Positions 30,305 through 40,140 are shown, counted from the whole stretch's first letter. The stretch is DNA of 63,684 nt, filler included, from Nitrospiraceae bacterium (GCA_037442105.1; 3 parts of 3 records of this genome joined end to end with filler, not necessarily neighbours in it); one strand, 5' to 3'. The notes: generated by a model not told the origin, from the sequence alone. Translations and numbers: made by a program.

Positions 30305-31030
30305 TTACGGAATGCGAACGGAATGCATGGCCGGCCTCGCCTGTCCACTCCCCTGCAATCTCTGTGAGGTGGAGGTGTTGGCGAGCATCCGATCTATTTC
30401 CTCGGCAAAGACTTCAAACGGAAAAGCCCCGGGAATGGCAATGGCGGGGTTTTCGTTTGTGGGCGCTTTCTTCGTATACATCAGGACGAATCCCGGCGTC
30501 CCTCGGAATCCCCACTCATTGGCTTCCTGACGATCCTGAAAAATCTGCTCCACGTGCCGACCAGTACGGAGGCACTGACCGAAATCAGCTTGATTGAGGC
30601 CGATAGCTTTGGCATGCCGAGTCAAGGTCGTCTCATCGAGCCGTCCCCCATCGGCAAACAACCGATCGTGCATGGCCCAGTAGCGTCCCTGGTCACCCGC
30701 GCAGCGTGCCGCCACGGCAGCATCGAGGCCGGGACCCTGATCGGCTCTCGGATAATCGCGATAGAGAAACCGCACCTTGCCGGTGTCCACATACTTGGCC
30801 TGGAGACGAGGCCATGTTTCACGGAAGAACTTCAAACAGTAGCCACAGGTAAAATCCGAATACTCAATCAACGTAACCGGGGCCTCCACATTCCCTCTGA
30901 GCCGTATGTCAGGAGCCGCCACACTTGCCGGCGCGGAGGCTACCTGCATAACACCAAGGCTGACCAGAACGGCTACAGCCAGACTGAGTCCCAAACCGGC
31001 GACTCGCAGCGTGGAGAGGCCGGCGTTCAC
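30305..31030 (-). CDS. DsbA/BdbD-like thioredoxin-fold protein
   Basis: 'EYSDFTCGYC', 'GTPGF' cis-Pro loop, N-terminal TM; GTGA overlap with DHS stop. Confidence 0.88.
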   Translation of the reverse strand: MNAGLSTLRVAGLGLSLAVAVLVSLGVMQVASAPASVAAPDIRLRGNVEAPVTLIEYSDFTCGYCLKFFRETWPRLQAKYVDTGKVRFLYRDYPRADQGPGLDAAVAARCAGDQGRYWAMHDRLFADGGRLDETTLTRHAKAIGLNQADFGQCLRTGRHVEQIFQDRQEANEWGFRGTPGFVLMYTKKAPTNENPAIAIPGAFPFEVFAEEIDRMLANTSTSQRLQGSGQARPAMHSVRIP

Positions 31031-32199
31031 TCCTTGCCTCCCGAACCATCCCTTTTCTTGCCGCAGCGTTCGAGCAACCCCATCAGGAGCAGTGGCCATA
31101 CGACCGTGGCGTCGCTGAGGACTTCCGCGAATCTCCCACCTTCATCCGGCGGAACAAACTTTCCCCACGAGATGCCTTCCTGATAGGTACAGCCGCTGAG
31201 TCCCCCCCAATAATCCGGTTCCGGACAGATGCGTACGCCGTAGTAAAACCGCGGCGGCCGTACGTTAAGACCCAGCCGCACGTTCCCGATTTCAATATAG
31301 GGTCCGACCTGCTGTGCCCAATTGCGCGGGACCCCGCCCCCGATGGTGAAGATACCCAATCGCTTCGCCGAGAGCACGTGGTCCGTATAGCTGTTCAAAT
31401 CGAGATAGGGATTAAACGATGGGTAGGACCGATGCAGCGCCCGCAGCACCGCTAGGTCTCCGCCCTGCTGCGCCTGCACCCGAGCCTTGTCTGCGCTTTG
31501 CCCCATAGCCCATGTGCCGACATCGAGTCCCATTTCCGAATCCGTGAAAGCCGGAATATATACGGGCACCTTCTTAAGATATGCACTCTTGAGAATGCCC
31601 TCCCCGTCGAATTCCTCGGCCAGCGTCTTGCCGAGCTCGCGCGTGAGAATCTCCGATGACAAGGGCTGGTCGGTATTGACCCGCTTCAGCGTCTGCGACA
31701 CCACATGCTCAACATAATTGAGGTTCGCTTCCATTTCGAGGGTATCGTACACGCGGTTATACCCTTTTCGGAACAGCTCCTCGTCGCTCATCGAGGAACG
31801 ATGCCGATAATGGGTTTTGCCCACCGACTCGCTCAGGCCGTGGGCAATGAGCGCACCGGTCGAGACCACCACCTGGACCATGCCGCGATCGATCATCGTG
31901 CTGATGATCTTGCCCATTTTGGCGATCGTCATGGCGCCCGAGAGCGTGAGGATCACTGAGCAGTCAGGATCTTCGACCATCGCGGCGAGGACTTCGAACG
32001 CTTCGCCGAGACGCCGGCCACCGAAGGCCGTTTTGCGCATGGCGACGAGCAGATCGGAGAAGGACCGGATCTTCTCCGGGTCCAGCGGCTCCAGCGCTTC
32101 TAAACCGTCTTTGGCTCCATCATGAAATTCGCGTGCGTGCACGATTTGTGGACCCCTGCGTTGACGAGGATGACCGGGAGGCGCCTTTCTTATACACAA
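31027..32199 (-). CDS. Deoxyhypusine synthase-like protein (probable homospermidine synthase)
   Basis: 'GYNRVYD', 'PAFTDS', 'GGGVPRN', 'GGLSGCTYQEGISWGK' with the catalytic Lys; start uncertain (32199 or 32142). Confidence 0.88.
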   Translation of the reverse strand: MCIRKAPPGHPRQRRGPQIVHAREFHDGAKDGLEALEPLDPEKIRSFSDLLVAMRKTAFGGRRLGEAFEVLAAMVEDPDCSVILTLSGAMTIAKMGKIISTMIDRGMVQVVVSTGALIAHGLSESVGKTHYRHRSSMSDEELFRKGYNRVYDTLEMEANLNYVEHVVSQTLKRVNTDQPLSSEILTRELGKTLAEEFDGEGILKSAYLKKVPVYIPAFTDSEMGLDVGTWAMGQSADKARVQAQQGGDLAVLRALHRSYPSFNPYLDLNSYTDHVLSAKRLGIFTIGGGVPRNWAQQVGPYIEIGNVRLGLNVRPPRFYYGVRICPEPDYWGGLSGCTYQEGISWGKFVPPDEGGRFAEVLSDATVVWPLLLMGLLERCGKKRDGSGGKE

Positions 32200-32379
32200 C
32201 CAACGCTAGAGGCGTCAATTCGCGTTTGCATCTGTTGCCCGGTCGTGCGGTTTTCCGCCACGCAACATCAGGACTCGAAGAGCGATGTGTGCAATCTGAT
32301 CACTGGGATGTACAGGGGAAACTCAGAACCACCGGAGGTGTTTATCCGCGGCAACACGAACGAAATTCGGTTCGGCAGG

Positions 32380-32697
32380 CTATACCCCGACCAACATCCG
32401 CAACCGGCTCTCTTCATTTGGAAAGAGATACAGAAACTCCAATCCTGCGTACCCATCGGCCCACCACCGCACTTTCGCAAGCGTGATGACCAGAGACTCC
32501 CGCTCGTCCGGCAACCATACGGACAGTTTCACGCACTCCCCTACGGTGAGCAGCCGCGGACTCTCAACGGCACAGCCAGAAAGACCGACATCCAATAACC
32601 GTCCACAGCTCACGTCCCGGGAAGTCGTGCACATGACCAGGTGGTTCGCCGTGGCGCGAGGGACACTCCGTTGATTGAGGCGTGGGCCGTGACACAT
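32380..32697 (-). CDS. Single-domain PilZ protein
   Basis: 'QRSVPR' (RxxxR), 'DVGLSG', 'AKVRW', 'AGLEF'. Confidence 0.8.
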   Translation of the reverse strand: MCHGPRLNQRSVPRATANHLVMCTTSRDVSCGRLLDVGLSGCAVESPRLLTVGECVKLSVWLPDERESLVITLAKVRWWADGYAGLEFLYLFPNEESRLRMLVGV

Positions 32698-32903
32698 CGC
32701 TGGACACCAGTATTGTTAGGAACACTGTACGGCCAGGAAACAGCCATCGCAATACTACAGAAGGGTGGAGAATGACTCCGACGAGGAAGCCACACGGATG
32801 GGATCATCCGCTGCACACGTCGCATCCCTTGCGTGTCGGCGTGCAGGCGAGGAGAATAACGAGAGTCGCGAACCCGGAGTCGGACAGGTGGAGGGGCTGA
32901 GCC

Positions 32904-34115
32904 ATGAGCGTGACCGGAACCGCGAAGCAAGTGGCCACAAAGGCCGCTACGGTCTTTTATGCCCTGATCATGCTGGAAGTGATCATCATGATCAGCCCGT
33001 TCGCGCTGTACTGGTACAGCTTCTATAGCCCCACGCTACAAGCCTTGCACCGATGGCCCGGCACTGCCTGGCTGGGATGCTTCGTGTTGCCCCATTCGGT
33101 GATCACCACGAGCGCGATACTGGAGGGATTCAGGTGGGCGGTCGGCCCCTATCTCTTCAGCCTCGGGCTGTTGGGCTTTCTCGTCACGGCAACCCAAGTC
33201 TATACGGCCAAGCTTCGGCGAAAAGGGGTGGTCACGAGAGGGGCGTACCGGTATATCCGGCATCCGCAATATCTGAGCCTGGGCATCGCCGGTCTGGGAC
33301 TGCTGACCTACTGGCCGCGGATGATCATCGTCGTCTTCTATCTTCTGATGCTGGTTGCGTACTACGCGCTCGCCCGCTCGGAGGAACGCCGGCTCCTGAA
33401 GCTGGATCCCACCTATGCGGCCTACCGGGCGCAGACCGCCATGTTCATACCGGGCAATCCCGGTGGCCGGCTGTTCGGCTTGCTCTTGGGATGGATGGAC
33501 AACCAGACCCTGGCGCGAGGACTCGCGGTGGTGGGGTTATTCGGGATTGGGATTGCGGTGAGCTTCGCGTTCCGCACTTACACCATGGCCAGCGCGGAAA
33601 CGGTCGCCATCCCGGAGACGAACGTCCTGGCCATCGCAGTCTGGCCTCAAGGCAAAGGCAAGCTGGACCGGTTGAGCCGATTGGCGCTGGATGAGCCGGC
33701 GCTCCGCGCGCGCTTGGCTTCCGAAGGGGCCGGGAGTTACACGGCGCATCTGCTGCCGGCCGATTACGGCATGCTGAGCATGTTCAGCGATCTTGAGGGC
33801 AAGCGTTCCACAATGAGCGCGCAGGGGTTGATCACGTTCGGAAAGATTTTGCTGGAATTCCTCTTCCCGTTCACCGCTCCCGACTTGAAGACTCACCTCA
33901 TGGGGAGTCACGTCGAGCAATATCGCCTGGTCTTTTCGCGAGTGGATGGGCCGGGGAAGACTCGGCTCCCGCCATCACGGATCTTTCAGGCGGATGCCAA
34001 AATGACAGCCGTGGCGGTGGCGGATCTCGATGCCAGCAGCAATCACATCACCAACCTCATCCTGGACCCGCCGCAACGGAGCCGCTGGGGCGACATCACC
34101 ATGCCGATGTTCTGA
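32904..34115 (+). CDS. ICMT/PEMT-family membrane methyltransferase with long C-terminal extension
   Basis: 'TRGAYRYIRHPQY', 'EERRL', 'YAAYRAQTAMFIP'. Confidence 0.75.
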   Translation: MSVTGTAKQVATKAATVFYALIMLEVIIMISPFALYWYSFYSPTLQALHRWPGTAWLGCFVLPHSVITTSAILEGFRWAVGPYLFSLGLLGFLVTATQVYTAKLRRKGVVTRGAYRYIRHPQYLSLGIAGLGLLTYWPRMIIVVFYLLMLVAYYALARSEERRLLKLDPTYAAYRAQTAMFIPGNPGGRLFGLLLGWMDNQTLARGLAVVGLFGIGIAVSFAFRTYTMASAETVAIPETNVLAIAVWPQGKGKLDRLSRLALDEPALRARLASEGAGSYTAHLLPADYGMLSMFSDLEGKRSTMSAQGLITFGKILLEFLFPFTAPDLKTHLMGSHVEQYRLVFSRVDGPGKTRLPPSRIFQADAKMTAVAVADLDASSNHITNLILDPPQRSRWGDITMPMF

Positions 34116-34436
34116 CTCGTCCGGTTTGGATTTTGTAGCCCTTTATCCCCACCTCTCTACAGAAGAAAGGAAAAAGGGCGTCGTGCTCACAGCGCGAATG
34201 CTCAAGCCGCACGGCGGCTCGCTCGCCAAGCTGGACGATCACTGAATAGGATCAAGGTCTTGCAATCCGACATCACCCCAATTTGAATCCTCGCGACAAC
34301 CCTTGCTGTTCGCGCCCGATACGGCCATGTGGGAAAGGACCGTCTCTCGTGAAGCGTCCTTCGGATGGAAGATGGGAACCAGGTTTTGATATCTTCACAT
34401 TCGCCAGGTAACGAGCACCGGCAGGACACACCGCTT

Positions 34437-34925
34437 ATGATTCGCATCAGACCAGCGACCGAAGCTGATTTTGCCGCCCTGCTCCAGGTTCAGCAGGCCG
34501 CCTTCGGCGAATACGCCACTGTCTACGAAGTGAGCGCATGGACCACGGAAACGCTCGACAGCCTCAGGGAAGATGCCAGGGAGAAACGTATCTTCGTGGC
34601 GGAGGCGGATGGAGTAGTGGTCGGATCGGTGCGCTTTTGGACGGTGGCTGGTGTTTGCGTGATCCGGTTGTTATCCGTGAGTCCCGCCCACCAAGGCCAT
34701 GGGGTTGGGAAAGCGCTGATGCGAGAAATCGAACGGGTTACGACCGATGCCCATAAGTTCTATGCCTGCACCATGCTGCGCACGGCCAGGAATGTTCAGT
34801 TTTTCCTGAGTCTCGGCTACAAGGCGGAAACCGTGCTTCCCAACCACTACCACCACCTTGATCTCATCTGTTTCGCCAAATATCGCCAACCGGCATCAAG
34901 GGAAGCCACGCCCTCGCTTACCTGA
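34437..34925 (+). CDS. GNAT family N-acetyltransferase
   Basis: 'IRIRPATEAD', acetyl-CoA motif 'VSPAHQGHGVGKALM', 'FFLSLGY'. Confidence 0.9.
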   Translation: MIRIRPATEADFAALLQVQQAAFGEYATVYEVSAWTTETLDSLREDAREKRIFVAEADGVVVGSVRFWTVAGVCVIRLLSVSPAHQGHGVGKALMREIERVTTDAHKFYACTMLRTARNVQFFLSLGYKAETVLPNHYHHLDLICFAKYRQPASREATPSLT

Positions 34926-35229
34926 TCGACCGTGATTCGTCGCTCGTCGTTCGTGTCTCGGAAACAACGAACAACGCTCCAGGAGAATCGCTTCACAAGG
35001 AACGCCTCACAACAGCCCACGTACTAAAGAGGTCGATTCGCCCGCGAAGGAGATCGCTGACGCGAGGTTGGGACACGCCCAGTATCTTCCCGGAGCACCT
35101 TCTCAATCACAGCCCAATATGCAAGTTTTAGTATATCTGTGCCAAGGGAAGGACGCGTCGAAGGCTCTGCATTTCAGGAGAAAGGTGGGATAGAATTTCT
35201 CAGGACTTTTGTCGCATGAGAGTCGCGCG

Positions 35230-35916
35230 ATGGGCACCAAGCCCCGCTGGATCATGGTGGCCTTGTACGCAGCCGGCATGGCCTGGGTTGAGTCGGCAGC
35301 GGTGTTCTACTTGCGAACCCTTGTTGATCGTGTCGATCCGTACCAACCGCATCCAGTGTTCGTCCGCGAGGACTTGATCTCGATCGAGCTCGTCCGCGAG
35401 GCCGCGACGTTGCTTATGCTCTTTGCGGTCGCGTGGCTGGCCGGCCGATCGAAGGGAAGCCGGTTCGGCTACTTCCTCATTGCCTTCGGCCTCTGGGACA
35501 TTTTGTATTATGTCTTCATGGCCGCCATGAGCGGCTGGCCACGGTCTCTCTTCGACTGGGACATTTTGTTCCTGTTGCCGCTGCCCTGGTGGGGACCGGT
35601 CCTGGCGCCGGTCGCGGTCGCGACCTTGATGGTTCTGGCCGGAATCCTGCTTTGCCAAGCCGAGCAAACCGAGCCGACCCTGCAGCCGCGACGATGGACC
35701 TGGGGCATGAACCTCATTGGAGTGGTGCTGCTGCTCTATGTCTTCATGGCCGATGCCATCGACGTCCTACCCGAAGGGGTCGAAGCCGTTCGCACCGTGC
35801 GCCCGATATGGTTCAACTGGCCGCTCTTCCTGCTGGCGTTACCCGCCGCTGCCGCCCCATTCATCGACTTGGCCAGCCGGCTCTGGACCTGGCACGCCCG
35901 GGCAACGCGGGCTTGA
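35230..35916 (+). CDS. Hypothetical multi-pass membrane protein
   Basis: About six TM helices; 'ELVREAATLLML', 'FGLWDILYY', 'WDILFLLPLPWWGPV'. Confidence 0.75.
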   Translation: MGTKPRWIMVALYAAGMAWVESAAVFYLRTLVDRVDPYQPHPVFVREDLISIELVREAATLLMLFAVAWLAGRSKGSRFGYFLIAFGLWDILYYVFMAAMSGWPRSLFDWDILFLLPLPWWGPVLAPVAVATLMVLAGILLCQAEQTEPTLQPRRWTWGMNLIGVVLLLYVFMADAIDVLPEGVEAVRTVRPIWFNWPLFLLALPAAAAPFIDLASRLWTWHARATRA

Positions 35917-35960
35917 AGAGGACGAGTCACGAGTGAGGGATGGCGCTTCTGGCTCCCGCT

Positions 35961-36178
35961 CTAGGAGTCTGTCCGACATTGCCGTTCGTGGCGAGGCGAA
36001 GGAAATGCGGCCAGGTGCAAGGCCGCCTGTCTGCCGTGGTCGGCACAGGCAGGCAGGCCCGGAAAAACCGGAGGCGTATTCGCCGGAATACGTTGAGAAT
36101 TTTTCCGGGCCGAGAACGATGCAGATGGCCGCAGATCGTTCGCCGCAGTAGAAAGGTCAATGTCGGACAGACTCCTAG
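35961..36178. mobile_element. MITE (non-autonomous IS-derived element), 218 bp
   Basis: Perfect 21-bp terminal inverted repeats CTAGGAGTCTGTCCGACATTG / CAATGTCGGACAGACTCCTAG including terminal CTAG; internal hairpins; no transposase. Confidence 0.85.
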
Positions 36179-37110
36179 TCTTCGTGCAGCCGCCAAAGCC
36201 CCGCTTCGCGCGCGAGTTGCAGGGCCTCCTCCACTTCGCCGGAGAAAACCGGACGGTTCAAGGCGGAGTGGCTGAAGGCTTTCGCGGCAGGATGGTATTG
36301 GTCCATCACGTTGACATACGTGTCGCGGGAGATGTGTCGGGCGAGGAAACGCATGACTTCGGCGGTGCCGGACAGACCGCCGGGCAAGACGAGATGCCGC
36401 ACCAGCAGGCCGCGCACGGCGAGCCCTTCGTCATCCAGCACAAGGTCGCCGACCTGCCGGTGCATTTCTTTGATCGCCGCCTGCGCGGTGGCAGGATAGT
36501 CGGGCACTTTCGACAGCCGCCGGCCGATCGTCGCGTCCGCATACTTGAGATCCGGCATGTAGATATCCACGACGCCCTCAAGGAGACGCAACGTATCCAA
36601 GTCGTCATAGGCGCTGGTGTTGTACACGATCGGAAGACGGAGCCCGCGCTGGGCGGCGACGAGCACCCCTTCCAGAATCTGCGGTACTTGATGCGAAGGC
36701 GACACGAGATTGATGTTGTGGCAGCCCTGCTCTTGGAGATCGAGCATGAGCCCGGCCAAGGCTTCGGGCGCCAATTCCTCCCCGTTCGGCTGGTGGCTGA
36801 TGCCGGCATTCTGGCAGTAGAGGCAGCGGAGATTGCAGCTCGCGAAGAAGATCGTCCCCGAACCGTACCAGCCGCGAATGGGAAACTCTTCTCCATGGTG
36901 TGGTCCTGCGCTGGCCACCAGCGCCTTCGCGCCGACAAGACAGGTCCCCACTTCGCCCCCGATCCGGTTCACCTCGCAATGCCGCGGGCACACGCGGCAG
37001 GCTACGAGCCTGGCGCGCGCCAGCTCGACCCGCTCGTACAGCACGCCGCTGCGCAAGAGCGCCCGGTAGCTCGCTTGTTGTTTGGCTCCAAGGTACGGCA
37101 TGGCCGTCAT
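36175..37110 (-). CDS. Radical SAM protein (PflX-like)
   Basis: 'CRVCPRHC', 'GSGTIFF', CxxxCxxC 'CNLRCLYCQN', 'DIYMPDLKY', 'VRHLVLP'. Confidence 0.9.
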   Translation of the reverse strand: MTAMPYLGAKQQASYRALLRSGVLYERVELARARLVACRVCPRHCEVNRIGGEVGTCLVGAKALVASAGPHHGEEFPIRGWYGSGTIFFASCNLRCLYCQNAGISHQPNGEELAPEALAGLMLDLQEQGCHNINLVSPSHQVPQILEGVLVAAQRGLRLPIVYNTSAYDDLDTLRLLEGVVDIYMPDLKYADATIGRRLSKVPDYPATAQAAIKEMHRQVGDLVLDDEGLAVRGLLVRHLVLPGGLSGTAEVMRFLARHISRDTYVNVMDQYHPAAKAFSHSALNRPVFSGEVEEALQLAREAGLWRLHED

Positions 37111-37166
37111 TATAACAGTTCGCCCGCCCATCCCTGTGACCCACCGGGACGTGCCAGTTGCCCGAA

Positions 37167-37254
37167 GGCAACCAGGTTGATCCTCGCATGCGCGCGTCGA
37201 ACGGGGCCCTTCTGAGGGCGCGCGTTCCGCGAGCAGGAGGACAACCAGGCTGCC
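37167..37254. repeat. Long imperfect palindrome (REP-like) in a divergent intergenic region
   Basis: GGCAACCAGGTTGATCCTC...GCGCGCG...GCCCT-TCTG-AGGGC-GCGCG...GAGGACAACCAGGCTGCC nested complementary arms. Confidence 0.6.
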
Positions 37255-37311
37255 CATCAACTTTCTTCTTTTCGTCTGTGCTCAATTCGCGTACTCTTTT
37301 TGCTCCTCCTT

Positions 37312-38211
37312 ATGGATCAGCGCAACCATTTCCTGAATCCGGGCACCCTCTGGTCCCGCCTGCTCGAACGAACGGACCACGCCCGCCGCTGCGGGAAGAT
37401 CCAGTCCATCCCGACGACAATGGAGGTGGTCGAACAGAGTGGCATGGCATGTCAGGTTCGGATCGTCTCCGCGCTGGCGAAGAAGGTCGAGGCAACAGCC
37501 GCGCAGCCGAACACCAACCCCTTCCTGCCCTATGATCCCGACCTCTTCGTCGCGGAGATCTCCCCGACTCATGTGGCCTTGCTCAACAAGTTCAATGTGG
37601 TCGATCATCACTTGTTGATCGTCACGCGGACATTCGAGGATCAGAACACCCTGCTGACTCGGCAGGACTGCGAGGCGTTGTTGATCTGCCTGGCCGAGAT
37701 CGACGGGCTGGGGTTCTATAATGCGGGACGAGTCGCCGGAGCCAGCCAGCAACACAAACACCTGCAACTGATCCCGCTTCCTGCTTCGCCGGGCCCCCGA
37801 CTGCCGATTGAGCCGCTGTTGCGGTCCGCCCGCATGGCCGGCGTCGCCGGCACTGTGCCGGGCTTGCCCTTCCGGCATGCCTATGCGCCGATGGAGCCGC
37901 ATTGGACCGAGCAGCCCCGGGAGGGCGCTGCCCCCCTGCTCGAACGTTATCACGCCATGTTACAGGCCGTAGGCTTGCGCACACACAGAACTCCGGACCA
38001 CCAACTGCCGTCCATTCCTTACAACCTGCTTATCACGCGGCAATGGATGTTGCTTGTGCCCCGGTCAGCCGAATGTTTCAAGGGCATCTCGATCAATGCG
38101 CTGGGTTTTGCCGGAGCCTTGTTGGTAAAAGACATGCAGCAATTGCAAGTGCTGCGGGAGCACGGCCCTATGACCGCGCTCAGTAGCGTTGCGATCGCGC
38201 GCCCTTCTTAG
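37312..38211 (+). CDS. ATP adenylyltransferase (Ap4A phosphorylase)
   Basis: 'NPFLP', 'LLNKF', 'FYNAG..AGASQQHKHLQ' (HxHxQ), 'SINALGFAG'. Confidence 0.9.
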   Translation: MDQRNHFLNPGTLWSRLLERTDHARRCGKIQSIPTTMEVVEQSGMACQVRIVSALAKKVEATAAQPNTNPFLPYDPDLFVAEISPTHVALLNKFNVVDHHLLIVTRTFEDQNTLLTRQDCEALLICLAEIDGLGFYNAGRVAGASQQHKHLQLIPLPASPGPRLPIEPLLRSARMAGVAGTVPGLPFRHAYAPMEPHWTEQPREGAAPLLERYHAMLQAVGLRTHRTPDHQLPSIPYNLLITRQWMLLVPRSAECFKGISINALGFAGALLVKDMQQLQVLREHGPMTALSSVAIARPS

Positions 38212-38475
38212 TCCGCATTATTCATGAGTTGTCTCTATGAGGAACTGACAAGACTCGAGAGAGGTATTGGAAGACAAGCAGTGGGATCCGGTCGCGTCAG
38301 GCACGATAAACACGCTGAAGAGCGACAGGCACGCCCGAAGTGCGGTGTGGTGCCAACAAGAAGTATGTTGAAGACTCTCTCCGGCGGCGCCAATTTACGA
38401 TACATCGCGGAAGAGCCCCCCTTCGCTGAGGCTTTGGCTGGCAGGCCAGGCGGAACCGGAAGCGAGGGCTGGTGG

Positions 38476-38575
38476 NNNNNNNNNNNNNNNNNNNNNNNNN
38501 NNNNNNNNNNNNNNNNNNNTTAATTAATTAANNNNNNNNNNNNNNNNNNNNNNNNNNNNNNNNNNNNNNNNNNNN
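38476..38575. other. Artificial contig linker
   Basis: Same N/TTAATTAATTAA/N structure as 8980-9079. Confidence 0.98.
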
Positions 38576-38718
38576 CAGTCAGCTTGGCGGGGAGCGCAAC
38601 GGTGCGAGCCATGCCCACTCTCTGGACTCGACGTGAATGACGCGAGACACGCGGCTGGCCACATTCTCCCTGATTTGACCTTAGGCGCGCAAGATCCGCG
38701 TTGGGGGGGAAGTTGTGA

Positions 38719-40140
38719 TCAGGCGGCTGCGGCGGTTTGTCGCTTCTGGCGTTGGCCCAAGATGTCCAACGCGGCGACGCGATAGGCCTCGGCCAAGGTG
38801 GGGAAATTGAAAATGTTGTCGAAGAAGGCGTCCACGGTGGAGCCTTGCTGGAGTGCGAGTTGGCCGACATGAATGAGCTCGGTCGCGCCTTCTCCGATAA
38901 TCTGCACGCCCAGGAGTCGTTCGCCGGCCGGGTCTGCCACCATCTTGAGCAGCCCGTCGGCGATGCCGGAAATCTGTCCGCGCGCCACTTCGCTGAACCG
39001 GGCCCGCCCGATTATCGGATCGCGATATCGGGCCTTGGCCATGTCTTCGTCGAGGCCGATCGAAGAAATTTCCGGGAGCGTGTAGATGCCCAAGGGAATC
39101 TGGTCGGACGACTCGCCCAGCTTCAGGCCGAGCGCATGAGCGACCGCCCGGCGCCCCTGCTCCATGGCGCGAGAGGCCAGCGCCGGTTGCCCGCTCATGT
39201 CACCGACCGCATAGATATGCGGGACTGATGTTTGGCAGAATCCGTTCACATCCAACATCCCCTTGCCTTTGTCGGCCATCACGAGACCCGCCGCGGCAAT
39301 GTTCAAGTCTTCGATGTTCGGCTGGCGCCCCAGCGCCACCAACATTTTCTCACTGGTGATCACCGTGCCGTCCTGTGTCGTCGTGACCACGTGTTCGACC
39401 CCGTTCCACCGGATATCTTTAATGACCTGCTTGCCCAAATATCGACCGCCATGTCCCTCGAACGCATGAACGAACGATTCGACGATTTCCTTGTCGATGA
39501 ACTGGAGCGGACGCTCCGCGCGATCCACCAGCGTCACCTCGACTCCCAGCAGGGAGAAGATCGAGGCATATTCGCAGGCGATGACTCCGCCCCCCAACAC
39601 GGTCAATGAGCGCGGCAGATAGATCATGGAGAGGATCGAGTCGCTATCGAGGATGTGCTCGTGATCGATCGGAATCTCCCTCGGCGCCCGTGGGCGGGAA
39701 CCGGTCGCCAGCACGATGATATCGGCCTGGTAAACCTGGCGGCCCCCATCGACCGACAGCATTTCCACGTCATGGTCCGAGACCAGTCTGGCTTTTCCAT
39801 GCAGGCAAGTGATTCCATTGCGCCGGAGCTGGTTCATGATGTAGGTCGCGTGGGCATTCACCACCTCTTCGAGGCGATGCATGAGGGTGGCGATGGCGGC
39901 GTCGGGACGAAGGCGGAATTCGATCGCCTGGCCGGCCCGCTTCATTCGCTCTAAATGCAACGCGGTTTCCCGCAGCGTTTTGCTCGGGATCGTTCCGCGA
40001 TAGACGCAGTTGCCGCCGACGCCTTGCTCTTGCTCGATCAGCGCGACGCGCTTGCCGGCTTTAGCTCCTTGGATGGCAGCTTTCTGGCCGGCCGGCCCGC
40101 TTCCGATCACCACGATGTCGTAATGGCCGGCCGGGTTCAT
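38719..40140 (-). CDS. sthA: Soluble pyridine nucleotide transhydrogenase
   Basis: 'GSGPAG', CxxxxT motif 'GGNCVYRGTIPSK', C-terminal 'FNFPTLAEAY' lacking the dehydrogenase His. Confidence 0.9.
   Translation of the reverse strand: MNPAGHYDIVVIGSGPAGQKAAIQGAKAGKRVALIEQEQGVGGNCVYRGTIPSKTLRETALHLERMKRAGQAIEFRLRPDAAIATLMHRLEEVVNAHATYIMNQLRRNGITCLHGKARLVSDHDVEMLSVDGGRQVYQADIIVLATGSRPRAPREIPIDHEHILDSDSILSMIYLPRSLTVLGGGVIACEYASIFSLLGVEVTLVDRAERPLQFIDKEIVESFVHAFEGHGGRYLGKQVIKDIRWNGVEHVVTTTQDGTVITSEKMLVALGRQPNIEDLNIAAAGLVMADKGKGMLDVNGFCQTSVPHIYAVGDMSGQPALASRAMEQGRRAVAHALGLKLGESSDQIPLGIYTLPEISSIGLDEDMAKARYRDPIIGRARFSEVARGQISGIADGLLKMVADPAGERLLGVQIIGEGATELIHVGQLALQQGSTVDAFFDNIFNFPTLAEAYRVAALDILGQRQKRQTAAAA

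Noticed and set aside
31027..32199. Hypusination of a translation factor
   Set aside because: Bacteria lack eIF5A, no efp is adjacent, and the neighbours indicate polyamine synthesis
35120..35145. Minus-strand TTGGCAC...TTGC as a sigma54 promoter
   Set aside because: Spacing is not GG-N10-GC
37111..37260. N-terminal extensions given by the ORF track (also 1641, 4848, 7099, 43604, 47253)
   Set aside because: They overlap neighbouring genes or repeats; family motifs and RBS or stop-start overlaps support the downstream starts used
38224..38475. ORF starting at 38224
   Set aside because: No motif, runs through a hairpin into the linker
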